This document shows, piece by piece, positions 13,937 through 28,158 of a stretch of DNA of 64,000 nt. Within the stretch, counting starts at the first letter, position 1. Every line of letters begins with the position of its first letter. Position numbers and translations under genes: made by a program. The DNA comes from Octopus vulgaris (lineage: Eukaryota): positions 54,560,001 through 54,624,000 of the forward strand of contig OX597832.1 of NCBI GenBank assembly GCA_951406725.2, read 5' to 3'. The notes beneath the pieces were generated by a model that did not search any database, was not told the origin of the DNA, and saw only the letters and a program-made list of their open reading frames with translations.

Positions 13937-14349
13937 CCTACCTCTCTATTCAAACACTTACACACAGAAGCACGCACACACATACACACTCACACGCACA
14001 CATGCACACACACACATACACTGATACACTCACGCATGCATTCATACTCAAGCGTGATATTATTCACTTCCTCCGCCGCCGTAGCTTATACATCATCAAC
14101 CCCTTAACGTATCCTCACTGATACTGCCCGCTCCGGGACCACTGCTAGAAATAGCAACCAAATCTCCCTGAAAATTACCGCCACTGACTACTGTTGCGTA
14201 ATGTAGTGTTTGCGTTCCATGCACCGAGGAAAAGAAACATGTGGTGGTCACGGTTGGACCGTCCTTAAAGGTTTCCGAAGTTTTTGCTCAATCCATGGTT
14301 GAGGCTGGGATGTGAATCAACATCACCGCTACAACAAACACCAATAGTT

Positions 14350-14960
14350 CTAGCCCCAGCATCATCACCGCTACCGCCACCATTACCACTACCACCACTA
14401 CCACCACTACCACCACCACCACCACCACCACCACCATCACCACCACCACCACCAACGCCACCATCACCTCCATCACCACCAACGCCACCACCTCCACCGC
14501 CATCACCCCTACTACCACCACTACCGCCGCCGACGCCGCCACCTCCACCGTCAAGCACCACCACGACCAGCACCAGCAGCAGCACCACCATCACCACCAT
14601 CAGCAGCAGCACCACCATCACCATCAACACCACCAACACCGCCAACGCCGCCGCCACTACCACCGCCACCACCACCATATCCACCACCACCGTCTACGGC
14701 GACGCGTCCACCGCCGCCGACACCTCCACCGCCGCCGACACCTCCACCGCCGCCGACACCTCCACCGCCAAACCTCCACCACCACTACCACCACAGCCGA
14801 ACCACTACTGCCACTACTACCATCGCCACCACCACCCCCACCAACAACAACACCACTAACACCACCACCACCACCACCGCTGCCGCCGCCCCAGCCGCCG
14901 CCACCACCACCACCATCACCACTGCCGCCGCCGCCGCCGCCGCTACCACCTCCACCACCA
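14350..14960. repeat. (CCA/CCG)n low-complexity tract with about three 18-bp units (ccaccgccgccgacacct)
   Basis: Seen directly. Confidence 0.9.
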
Positions 14961-15072
14961 TTTTCGCAGGGATCTTATTTGTCTCCCATTACAACACCTA
15001 TATATTTTCACCCGTTTCTCTTCTCTTCCTCTTTCCCAAACTTAATAGTCCTCCTCCCTCGTTTTCTTCTAG

Positions 15073-15104
<32 letters not shown>

Positions 15105-15149
15105 CCTCCCTTTCCCCCCTCTCACTCTCTCACTCTCACATCTTATACA

Positions 15150-15961
15150 TAACATATAAACACACACACACACACACAGACATCTACACACACATACACA
15201 TACCCATGTACTCTGAGCGCCAGAGTATATTCTACTGTAGGAACACAAGACGTTTGCATAAACACATACAGAACACTGACGCTCACAACGGATGCGCTCA
15301 CACATTTGTACACACACACACACACAAACGCACGCACACATACACACACACGCTCATATAGATAGACACGCTCATACAGATACATGTTGATACACATACA
15401 CACACTGACACAAACTGAGACAAAGGAACACATACACACAAGCATACATACTCAAATACACACACACACACACAAATATACACACTCAAATACACACACA
15501 TACACACAAACATACATGCTCAAACACACACCCACACATAGATACTCAAACACACACACACACAAACATACATACCCAAATGCACACACACACACACAAA
15601 CATACCCAAATACACACACGCAAACATACATACTCAAATACACACACACACACACACAAACATAATACTCAAATACACACACTCGCACACACACACGCAA
15701 ACATACTCAAATATACACACACACACAAACATACATGCTCAAATATAAACACACACACACACAAACATACATGCTCAAATACACACACACACACATACAT
15801 ACCGACACCATACACACACACACACACGCATCCCCCCCGCCACCCACTGACAAGACCGATCAGGAAAGCAATTCGTTGCCGTCGATTTTAACGGATCTAT
15901 TGATGTATATCACCATTGTGTGTGGGAGGGTGTTGTGGGTCTCTATGTATATGCTTGTCTA

Positions 15962-16008
<47 letters not shown>

Positions 16009-16071
16009 ATATGTTTGTCTACATCTGTAATGTGTGTGCATGTCTATCTATATCTGTATAGCTGCATAGGG

Positions 16072-16157
<86 letters not shown>

Positions 16158-16427
16158 GTATATGTGTATATGAATACATACAGACACACACACACATATA
16201 TGCATATGTATATATGAATATATATATATATACACACACACATATATATATATATAGCAAAAAGCAGCAAATATATATGTATGTATAAGTATATATGTAT
16301 GTATATATATATGTGTGTATATATATATATGTGTGTGTATATATACATATATATATAAATATATATATATATATATGTATGTATATATGTGTATATCCAT
16401 ACGTATATATAAATATATATATATGTA

Positions 16428-16461
<34 letters not shown>

Positions 16462-16608
16462 CATGAGTGTTTGTGTGTGGGTATATAACAGAATGCATGG
16501 TTGTTGGTGGCCATAGATGTAGTTAGCGGTTATCTATCCATTGTATAATTTTATATCAATGCTATAAATCTAATTAAATAGAACGGGAAATGTATCAAGG
16601 ACAAAAGG

Positions 16609-16656
<48 letters not shown>

Positions 16657-16783
16657 AGGTGAATGGGGGAGAGAGTGGAGGGAGTGTTGATGGGAAGATA
16701 GAAGAGTAAAATAGTGGGAGGGAAAGAGGATGAGAAATTGAGGAAAAGTGAGAGGAGGAGAGTATGAGTTTGCGTCTGTGTGT

Positions 16784-16821
<38 letters not shown>

Positions 16822-17224
16822 TGTGGGTAGCTTTGATAAGCAAGGACTTGAGATAGAATAGCATGCAGAGGGGATGGATGGTTTAGGGTGTGTGTGTGGA
16901 TAGAGATATGGAATGATAGAGAGAAAGAGAGAGAAGGAGAGAGGGAGTGAGAGAGAAAGAGAGAGACAATGTGTATGTATGTGACAAAGTGCGTGTGACA
17001 GTGTGTGTGTATGTGTGTGAGCGAGAGAAAGCGTGATCGAGAGTGTGTGGGTGTGTGAGAGAAGGCGAAAGAGAGTGTCTGTGTGTATGCGTGAGAGAGA
17101 GAGAAAAAGAAAGTGTATGTGTGTGACAGTGTGTGTGTTTGTGCGTGTGGGTGACAGAGAATGTGTGTATTTGTGTGTGTGTAACAGAGACTGTGTGTAT
17201 TTGTGTATGTCTGTGTATGCGTGC

Positions 17225-17270
<46 letters not shown>

Positions 17271-17602
17271 AGGATTGGGTGTGAGATAAAAAGAGTGTGT
17301 GTATGTGTGTGTGAAGGAGAGAGAGAGCGCGGGTGTATGAGAGAGAGGGACAAATAGATAAAGAGAAAGAGAAGAGAGAGAGTGGGTGTATGAGAGAGAC
17401 AGAGACAGATAGATAAAGAGAAAGAGAAAGAGAGAGCCAAATAGACGAAGAGAAAGAGAAGAGAGAGAAACAGATAGATAGAGAGAAAGAGAAGAGAGAG
17501 AGCGCGCGGGTGTATGAGAGAGAGAGAGACAAATAGATAAAGAGAGAGAGAGAGACAAATAGATAAAGAAAAAGAGAAGAGAGAGAGAGAGACAAATAGA
17601 TA

Positions 17603-17660
<58 letters not shown>
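15150..17660. repeat. Compound CA/TA/GA/GT microsatellite-derived low-complexity region
   Basis: Seen directly. Confidence 0.9.
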
Positions 17661-18188
17661 GTGATTAGTAAGGAGAAATGGAGGACGAGAATTCCTGACT
17701 AACGTGTCTATTGGAAGAATCAGGGTGGTTCGAAGATAAGAATAAAAACTATTTCGTTGGTGAAGAATAACGGTAGCGGCGGCGGTGGTCGCGGCAGCAT
17801 CGGTGACGGAACGGTGATGGCGGTGGTGGTAATGGTGTTGGTGGGTGGTTGGAGTTGCTTCTTAGGAAACGATTTCCAGCTTAGAATATAATCACCGTCA
17901 TCAACATAGCCAGAACAACTTGCTGTGCAGCGATATACGTATATAAGAAGATGTACAGGCGGGCAGCCAGGCAGCCAGGCTGAAGGAAATACGATGTGTA
18001 CTCGAAAACCATTGTTATTACTTGAGGGAAAAAATAGAACAAATGTCTGAGCTTGTCTGTCTAAGTGTCTGCTAGTCCGTCCGTCCGTCCGTCTGTCCGT
18101 CTGTCTGTCTATATCTGTCTCTATCTAACTATCTTTCTGTCTGTCTGATTGCCTGTCAGTCTGTCTGTCTGTCCGTCCGTCCGTCTGT

Positions 18189-18276
<88 letters not shown>

Positions 18277-18331
18277 GTGGCATCTTAGATGAGGGGGCCT
18301 ACCACCACGGAACGGTAAAATTGTCATACCG

Positions 18332-18558
18332 GTGAGCTGGCAAAAACGTTAGCACCCTGGGCGAAATGCGTAGCCGTATTTCGTCTGCCATTACGTTCTG
18401 AGTTCAAATTCCGCCGAGGTCGGCTTTGCCTTTCATCCTTTTGGGGTCGATAAATTAAGTACCAGTTACGCACTGGGGTCGATGTAATCGACTTAATCCG
18501 TTTGTCTGTCCTTGTTTGTCCTCACTGTGTTTAGCCCCTTGTGGGTAGTAAAGAAATA
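18332..18558 (+). mobile_element. SINE-B monomer with target-site duplication
   Basis: Flanked by the direct repeat ggtaaaattgtcataccg at 18314-18331 and 18559-18576. Confidence 0.92.
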
Positions 18559-18794
18559 GGTAAAATTGTCATACCGTCAGGCCTCTTACCCGGTGCGGGT
18601 ATCAGTCTGTGATTCATGGACACTTATTGTGAGATAACTTCCTGTCTGAAGTTCCGATCATGCTGATATTTCCGGATTATTGTTGTTGTTGTTGTTGATG
18701 TTACATTTGTTGTCGTCAGTTATATTTCATATGAGAGAGACATACGGGCAGTCGGGAGGTTATAAGAGGCCCGGGACTTGCTTAGTGAAGGAGA

Positions 18795-19032
18795 AACAGG
18801 TAAACGTAAAAGCAAAGTTACCTGCTTCCGGTTCCATGGCGTATATGTTTCCCACCTGGACAGGATGCTGGTCTGTCGCAGGGTTACTCATTTCTGCCAG
18901 CTGAGTGGACTGGAGCAGAGTGAAATGAAGTGTTTTGCTCAAGAACACAAGGCGTTGCCCGATCCAGGAATCGAAACCATAATCTTACTATCATGAGTCC
19001 AACACCTTAACCACTAAGCCACGCGCTTCCAC
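18795..19032 (-). mobile_element. SINE-D
   Basis: Head gtggaagcgcgtggcttagtggttaagg...gtttcgattcc; its 3' segment resembles 33330-33410. Confidence 0.8.
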
Positions 19033-19125
19033 AGTCAAGGAGAGATGCGTAACTATCAGCTGGACCCCTTCCATTTCAATAAATAAAATAAAATAAAATA
19101 AAATAAAATAAAATAATGATAAAGA

Positions 19126-19306
19126 GGCGTGGGAGTGGCCGTGTGGTAAGTAGCTTGCTTACGAACCACATGGTTCCGGGTTCAGTCCCACCGCGTGGTA
19201 CCTTGGGCAATTGTTTTCTGCTATAGCCTCGGGCCGACCAAAGCCTTGTGAGTAGATTTGATAGACGGAAACTGAAAGAAGCCCGTCGTATATATATATA
19301 TATATG

Positions 19307-19341
<35 letters not shown>

Positions 19342-19537
19342 TTGTCCCCCAGCATCGCTTGACAACAGATGCTGGTGTGTTTACGTCCCCGTAATTTAGT
19401 GGTTCGGTAAAAGAGACCGATAGAATAAGTACTAGGCTTACAAAGAATAAGTCCTGAGGTCGATTTGCTCGACTAAAGGTGGGTGCTCTAGCATGGCCAC
19501 AGTCAAATGACTGAAACAAGTAAAAGAGTAAAGAGAG
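19126..19537 (+). mobile_element. SINE-A, full length
   Basis: Same structure as 8366-8833. Confidence 0.92.
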
Positions 19538-20148
19538 TGCCCCAGCATGACCGCAGCTTTAAAGCTGAAACACTTAAACGACTAAATAAACCAAAGAGAA
19601 AAAAATGTCATCGAACTCCATCTTGAATTCTCAGAGTAACTCCCCGACTTAGGGTCCGAAATCAGTTTTGTTCTGTCTTGCCAAATTTTTCTTCGAGATC
19701 CTAAGTGAAGAAGGGATTTTCTTAATTTAAAAAATTTTTTAGTATGCTTGTACTTCATTTTAAGGAGTTAATTAAGTTAATAAAACGTCATGATATCTCG
19801 TATGTTTAATGTACACCACACACACACACACGCACATACACGAACCCAAATATATAAATAAGCAGTTTAATAAATAAAGAATTTAACATAATTTAATGTC
19901 CAAAAGTTGATGAACCACCTATTGTTCTCCATTTTCTTATTTGCTATATAAATAACATAAATATATATATATATATACAAATTGAGATAGGGGTTGTAAA
20001 TGCAACCCTCCATGGGATAACGTATATCCAATATACTGCTAGTGAAGTACCCAACAAAGTTAATACATAAATGTTAAGGATTGCGATGCAGTCAATTCAT
20101 TTACTGTATTATATGGGCGAAGGTAACATGATTTACCACAAATTACTA

Positions 20149-20199
20149 ATATAAGATAAGAAAATGGAGAAATAGATGTATTTCTCCATTTTCTTATCT

Positions 20200-20204
<5 letters not shown>
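20149..20204. repeat. Inverted repeat abutting (TA)n
   Basis: Perfect 22-bp arms at 20153-20174 and 20179-20200 with a 4-nt loop. Confidence 0.9.
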
Positions 20205-20245
<41 letters not shown>

Positions 20246-20723
20246 AATAAATATATATATATACAAATAAATATATAAGCAAATTATGTGTGCGTGTGTG
20301 TGTGTGTTGGCGGTTAAAATAAGGCATTTTGCATGAATAATGAACGCTAGCATATTTGCCGCTCAACGTGCGTAGATTTGTGTCTAAATTAAGATTTATG
20401 AAAAGGGTATATAAAAGTGTAGGATTCGGTAATTTGTTGGAGCGTGAAGCAGATCGGATCATGCAAAGGTAAAATCTTCTGGGTTAGGGTGACTGAGGAA
20501 TTCGTTGCGAAATTATATAAACAGCAATTTTTATGCTTTTTGTAAATGGAGTTCTCCATTTACATCTTAAACATGGCGTTTCATTTGAAAGCAACTGATT
20601 GTTCTGTGTTCGTTTAAATGATGCCGCCATTTTGAGAAGATATAATACGATAATGTTTATAGAAAATTAAACACACACACACACTCACTCACGCGTAAAT
20701 ATGTATAAGCGTATCTATCTAGC

Positions 20724-20754
<31 letters not shown>

Positions 20755-20967
20755 ATCTGTCTCTTTCTTTCTCTCTCTCTCTTTCTCTCTATCTATCTAT
20801 TTATCTATCTATCTATTTATCTATCTATCTATTTATCTATCTACCCATCTATCTATCTATTTATATATCTATCAATCTGTCTGTTTCTGTCTGTCTGTCT
20901 GTCTCTTTCTCTCAATCTATCAATTTATCTATCTTTCTATCTTTGTCTGTTTCTCTTTCTCTATTTA

Positions 20968-20998
<31 letters not shown>

Positions 20999-21060
20999 CT
21001 GTCTGTCTGTCTGCCTGTCACTCTCTCTATTTATCTTTTTCACTCACTCACTCTATCTTC

Positions 21061-21147
<87 letters not shown>

Positions 21148-21304
21148 CTTATACGCTCACAAACACGCAAGCAGTTTTGTACAAAGAAGCGCAAGAACAC
21201 GAATAATCTCGCTCACAGTCACGTTCACAAACTTTCCTTTACCCTACCCATATATTTGTATGCGCGCGCATGCATTCGCTCACACAAATACACACACACT
21301 GACA

Positions 21305-21349
<45 letters not shown>

Positions 21350-21664
21350 ACACGTAGACTTCCATCAAAATCCTCATTCCCACCCCCAATAAGCAATCAG
21401 TTCCCTACGATCGCTTTCCTTCCTTATTTCCGCACATACAAACACCAATACCGCTCCTGATATTCACTTAAGAGGGCGCTGCGTTCTCAGGTGTAAATAC
21501 ATATTAAGTCCGACCTTACTTCCGTTTTTTTTCTACAGCACTAAATATTACTTCCGGTGCTTCGTAATTCCAGAAAAAAATAATGAAAACAATTACGCAA
21601 CATCATTAAGTAACCACTAAAAATATTACATACATACATACATATACACACATATATATATATG

Positions 21665-21738
<74 letters not shown>

Positions 21739-21879
21739 AAAAGATATATACATACTCACACGCACACGCACCACACGCACACACACATATGCACACATAC
21801 GCACACACGGTTTATGGTTTTCATTTTCTTCATTGTCAGGTTGCTGCTATGTGCCTCCTTCCCCCTCTCTCTCTCTATC

Positions 21880-21999
<120 letters not shown>

Positions 22000-22459
22000 T
22001 ATGTGTGTGTGTGTATATATGTGCGTGCGTGTGTGTGTGATAAGCATTTCTTTGGATGCATAATTAAATCAGTGTACAAAGCACTAAATCACTGTGAAAT
22101 TATTTCACTATGTTCGCAATTCGAAGTTTCTTTGGAAAGTATAGTCTCAGTGACCGAAGAATAAAAATCATTGATACGCAACTGAGTGAACTGGTAATTC
22201 TGTCTAACATAGACCCGATGGAAACAGGTTGAAACCATTGCTCAGAAAGGTATGTAGTTTAATTTATGAATTCAGAATAATTGCATCTTGTATTTGCTTA
22301 CTGTATACACGTAATTTGGGTTAAGTAGCCCGCAGTTGAAGATACTACTGGAGTATAACTTGTGGTCATTATAAGTAATATATGGTGTTCGAAAGGGGAA
22401 GTATTCAACTCTATCATCTATATCAAGTGTAGCACCGAAAATTCTTAGCATCTTCTGTA

Positions 22460-22736
22460 TATAGCAGATAAGGCCGAAAATGTCGCTAGAAGCTAGGATC
22501 ACCAAGCATAGATTGGCATATTTCGGTCATATTCTGCGGAGAAAATCCCTGGAGAAGGACATCATGCTCGGAATGGTCAGTGTCAAGAGAGGAAGAGGCC
22601 GACCAAGAACCCGCTGGCTTGTCACCATCAAGAGTGATACCGGAATGGACATAGCCAATCTGAAAGAAGCGGCCCAGGATAGAACTGACTGGAGGACACT
22701 GATCCAACGAGTGACCGAGAGACGACTTCGACTGAG

Positions 22737-22740
<4 letters not shown>
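22460..22740 (+). mobile_element. RTE-clade LINE 3' end (C-terminus of the RT ORF)
   Basis: RLAYFGHILRRKSLEKDIMLG...RGRGRPRTRW...AAQDRTDWR is typical of RTE/BovB-like C-termini. Confidence 0.88.
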
Positions 22741-23094
<354 letters not shown>

Positions 23095-23201
23095 GAAAAA
23101 TAGGATAAAATCTTTATAAGAATTTATCAAGTATTTAGCATGAAAAACCTCATAAGGGAAAAATTTATTAAATATTCCTTTTAAATATATTTATTTATAT
23201 G

Positions 23202-23400
23202 AAGGGTATTACTATACATAAATGCCTCACGGTACGAGGGACTCTTAAAGTCAAAACTACCATAACAAACACATTGTTTTAAAAAGGCTCGCTTCGAGAG
23301 TTGAATTCCCTCGCGTTCGGTACGATGTCTTTATTATATGGTAGTTTTGACTTTAAGAGTCCCTCCTAGCGTGGAGGCATTTATATATAGTAATGCCCTT
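23202..23400. repeat. Long imperfect inverted repeat (~63-bp arms) abutting (TA)n
   Basis: 23202-23264 pairs with 23337-23400 and includes a perfect core gagggactcttaaagtcaaaactaccata. Confidence 0.9.
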
Positions 23401-23401
23401 A

Positions 23402-23478
<77 letters not shown>

Positions 23479-23544
23479 TGTGTTGTATGTATATATATAT
23501 ATATATCATATATATATGTATATATTTATATATGTATATATGTA

Positions 23545-23583
<39 letters not shown>

Positions 23584-24377
23584 GTGTATTTATATACACA
23601 CACACACATATATATATCTTTATATATAGCGTCTACATCAATAGAAGTGTTTGTATTGGTTTTAGATTTTTCTTTTAATCCACGCAAGTGATATTATGCG
23701 AAGAAAAGTCTGTAAAGTGCTATTATTCTATTGTTAATGGATAATATAAAATCTGATTAGACATTGTTGTACACTGTTAGGCCTGCATCTATTTTGTTTA
23801 ACATTTTAAATCTCTAGCGTTGGAACAGTGCCTGGGAAGAATACGTTTTGTTCGTAACTATCTTCATTAGGCGATTATACAGTTTTAATATATTTCGCTC
23901 ACAATTTACTCACGCAGAGATACTATTCAATAATTTGACATTATACATAGTTTCTTCATCTCGTGTATACGCATTTTCTACTCAAATTCCTTTATTTTTC
24001 ATTTCATTCTTTGTCACTCAACTTCGCTCAACATCACCCACTTCCATCTCTATCTTTCCGTTTTAAAAGGAATCTTTCAAACACGAGCATTAATCAACGC
24101 CGTCTGGCGGGCTTTACACTATAACTCCGACACAATGCAATCACTTATTTGATATCGAACTATAAACAAAAAAGAAAAAAAAAATTATATCCAAAAACGA
24201 TACCTCCTTTCTTGTTTCACGAAATTTCTGCCATTTAGCGTCTGGTCTACCACAGCTTTACTGTGTTGGAGAACATAAAAATAAACATCCTGATAACAGA
24301 CCACATCAAAATGAACTGAAACGAACCCCGCATGTGTCGATCTTGAAGACTGCAAAAGTATACACTGTATTCATTTA

Positions 24378-24943
24378 TTGGGTTGTCCGGAAAGTTCGTG
24401 CCGATTTTTAAAGGAATGAAAAAGGTCAATAAATACTTGCCATTACATTTTTAATCAACCAAATATGAACAATTTTGTTGCATAATGCGTCTCCATCTTT
24501 CCTTTAACTTGAAAATACCCTCTTCCCAGAATTGAGGTGGTTTCATGGCAAAGAATCCATCAAGGTATCTTTTTATGTCATCCAAGGAATTGATATTTTT
24601 ACCATTAAGACTATTTTGCAGAGACCTGAATGAGGAGAAATCCGAAGGAGCAATATCTGGTGAATATGGCGGGTAGAGTAACACATCCCAGCCGAGCTGC
24701 AGCAATTTTTGTCTGGTTCCCAAAGCATCAAGTGCCGAAAATAAACTTTCTTATCTTCCATTTTAAAGGGTTACAGAATTAACACTGGTTATAGGAACAT
24801 AAACCTTCTTCCACGAAAAGACAGCTTAAACTGTGCTCTAAATCGAGGTGTAGTCAAATCCTATTTTATGGACTCAACCATGTTCTAAAATAAGTCGAAA
24901 GGTAAGCTACTATAAATCGGCACGAACTTTCCGGGCAACCCAA
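24378..24943 (-). mobile_element. Internally deleted mariner transposon (566 bp)
   Basis: 30-bp TIRs (ttgggttg[t/c]ccggaaagttcgtgccgattt) with TA on both sides; N-terminus MEDKKVYFRHLML fused to the C-terminal YPPYSPDIAPSDF region. Confidence 0.95.
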
Positions 24944-25329
24944 TAGAATATGAAACATTCTGGTGATAGCCAAACAGCTCTAGTTGAATTAGGTCCTGCT
25001 TAGCTAATAAGTGTTCGAGGGGCCAACAGGATAAAATCAGGATGTACAGAGGAGTCAGGAAAGGTCGAAACTATCAACTGCGTCGATGTAGTATTTTGCA
25101 TATAACGGAATAGGTTCCGAAATGGATTAAAAAGGAAAAATAGATAACTAAAGATAGTAATTTCGTTGTATGACAAATTTCAGGATGCAATGTTTGTCAA
25201 CAATACACCCCGGAACAAAGTAGTTTTACACATATTGGAAAGAATTACACGAAACAAAACTCAGGAGTAGAAAGAAAAGCCCAGGCGAATCTATTCAATC
25301 ACTAACTAGTAAGTCACACGCATTTGAGA

Positions 25330-25545
25330 AAACTTCCTGTGTTGATAGTAACTGCAGAGTTTGGTAAACAAATCCACATGTATACTGAAAACTAAGGGTG
25401 TCGCATACCGTACGACATACATGGAATTCAAGTGTAGGAACACCGCAAATTATATAGGGGAAATGACTCGTAGTATAGCTGAAAGGATCGAAGCTCATTG
25501 TAGTGAAAACAACGGGCGGAGTCCAGCATCTATACTCAACCAATA
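25330..25545 (+). pseudogene. Penelope-like element GIY-YIG endonuclease remnant
   Basis: KGVAYRTTYMEFKC...YIGEMTRSIAERIEAH resembles the PLE pattern GVVY...C..C...YIGET.R.L..R..EH. Confidence 0.65.
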
Positions 25546-25651
25546 AAAACAGAGATAACCATGAGAAACTATAAACAACGCCATATACATCTAGAGAGGA
25601 ATACGACAGCACTGACTCACACACAAACTTACGTAAATACATACATACATA

Positions 25652-25822
25652 GGCGTAGGAGTGGCTGTGTGGTAAGTAGCTTGCTTACCAACCACATGGT
25701 TCCGGGTTCAGTCCCACTGCGTGGCACTTTGGGGGAGTATCTTCTACTATAGCCTCGGGCCAACCAAAGCCTTGTGAGTAGATTTGGAAGACGGAAACTG
25801 AAAGAAGCCCGTTGTATATATA

Positions 25823-25872
<50 letters not shown>

Positions 25873-26075
25873 TGTGTGTCTGTGTTTGTCCCCCACCATC
25901 GCTTGATAACCGATGCTGGTGCGTTTACGTCCTTGTAACTTAGCGGTTCGGCGCAAGAGACCGATAGAATAAGTACTAGGCTTACAAAGAATAAGTCCTG
26001 GGGTAGATTTGCTCGACTAAAAGGTGGTGCTCCAGCATGGCTGCAGTCAAATAACTGAAACAAATAAGTAAGAGT
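25652..26075 (+). mobile_element. SINE-A, full length
   Basis: Head, core, internal microsatellite and tail all present. Confidence 0.92.
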
Positions 26076-26449
26076 ATATATATATATATGTATGTCTATA
26101 TGTATATATATATATATGTATGCTCATCGTAAAAGAGTAAAAGAGTAAAAAGAGAGAAATACCAGCCAGAAACAGCCAGAAACAACAACAGCAAGAACAG
26201 GTTGTTGCAGCAAATTCCAGAACGCAATCGAATAATTAAAAAGAAATGAATCACCAAAAAATAATAACGCGATCGCAAAACCGATGTCTGTAAGTTTTAT
26301 TGGTAAAACGAATGTCTTATTATTCTGTCTTTCAACGACAACTTCACATCAATTATCTTGTGAGGGAAATACGATGAGCATACTTACACACATAGAATGA
26401 TAAATGCATGTCTGTATATGTCTACACACACATACACATATGCATACAT

Positions 26450-26645
26450 AGAGTGTGGCCATGTTAGGGCACCGTCCGTCCGGCTGGAAGAGTTTTAGTC
26501 GAACGAATCGACTCCAGTCCTTTTTTTCTCAAAAGCCTGATACTTTCTATAATACCCTCTTGCCGTACAGCTATGCTATGGGGACGTAAACAAACCAACA
26601 CCGGTTTTAAAGCGGTGGTTGAGGACAAACACAGGCATAAAGACG
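26450..26645 (-). mobile_element. Old SINE-A-like fragment
   Basis: Diverged match to the SINE-A 3' half. Confidence 0.65.
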
Positions 26646-26718
26646 ATCACTCACGCACAGACACTGACACACACACACATACACACATAAAGAGATATAC
26701 ATATATACACACATACAT

Positions 26719-26802
<84 letters not shown>

Positions 26803-26819
26803 GTATATATGTATATATG

Positions 26820-26864
<45 letters not shown>

Positions 26865-27241
26865 ACATATATATATATACAACATATACTCTGAAAGGGG
26901 CTGTTATGTGCTTTGTAACAGCATTGGACCATTTTAGCTCCTTTTCTAGCAATGTAGGTGTTGTTCCCACCCTTAGTCAACTTTAGTTGACGGCCATAAT
27001 TTTCCTTCACGGTATAACGTTGCAAACGAGTGTTTTTATTAATTTTTTTGTTTAAACATTAGCAATCTGATAAATCACCCATAGATTTTTATGGTGAATT
27101 TATATATATTCTCTGATAGGCGAGGCAGCCTATATGTATATATTCCATTTGTTAAAGTTTCTCTTTTTGTTAAGGTTTCTTTACACGTCTCAATCCTAAG
27201 ACTGTGGCCATGCCGGAGCACCATATATATATTATAATATA

Positions 27242-27302
<61 letters not shown>

Positions 27303-27336
27303 TATATACATACGTATATGTACATACATCTATACG

Positions 27337-27376
<40 letters not shown>

Positions 27377-27554
27377 ATGCATATGTGGGCACAGGACGTC
27401 ATGAAACGTGTACACCAAAAAATACGAAGTACGAGTACATGGAATATGAACTACTTTTTTGAACAACGAAAGAGACAAATGGAAAACACGACAAACAACA
27501 TAAAAACGACCCTTCATCAGTTGTTGGCTGTTTTTCTACTCCCGTATTTCGAGC

Positions 27555-27616
<62 letters not shown>

Positions 27617-27626
27617 TTATAGAAGG

Positions 27627-27677
27627 AGCTTCTACAGGACTAGAACTGTTTCATTCAAATGAAATCATCAGGAAGCT
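27627..27677 (-). ncRNA. Type I hammerhead ribozyme motif with canonical core
   Basis: On the minus strand: agcttc-CTGATGA-t-ttc-attt-gaa-t-GAAA-cag-ttctagtc-ct-GTA-gaagct; 6-bp stem I; sits in a ~190-bp element flanked by (TA)n. Confidence 0.7.
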
Positions 27678-28031
27678 TGGTGTCAAGAATAGTTTTGGCA
27701 TTTATACATTTAGGCAGATTTAAAGGGGTGGTGGTGGGGGGGACTTTTTTGGGGTAGGCATGGCGCAAACTGTCTTTCTTAGGGGAGTGGTCAAAAGGAT
27801 CAGTGATAAATATATATATATATATATATAACAGGCTTCTTTCAGTTTTTTGTCAACCAAATCCACTTACAGAGCCTTGGTCGACCCGAGGCTATACACA
27901 GACACACTCACACACACACACACGTATAAGAACACATATACATTGTTCTAGCTAAAAAGAAATGTTTCTAAATGCACATGATGTCCTGAGTTATAGAGAA
28001 ATGAGCAAACAAATAGATAAAAAGTCAGATG

Positions 28032-28158
<127 letters not shown>

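Noticed and set aside
21541-21620. Hairpin (cgtaatt/aattacg) with a faint hammerhead-like layout
   Set aside because: Neither catalytic box is recognisable.
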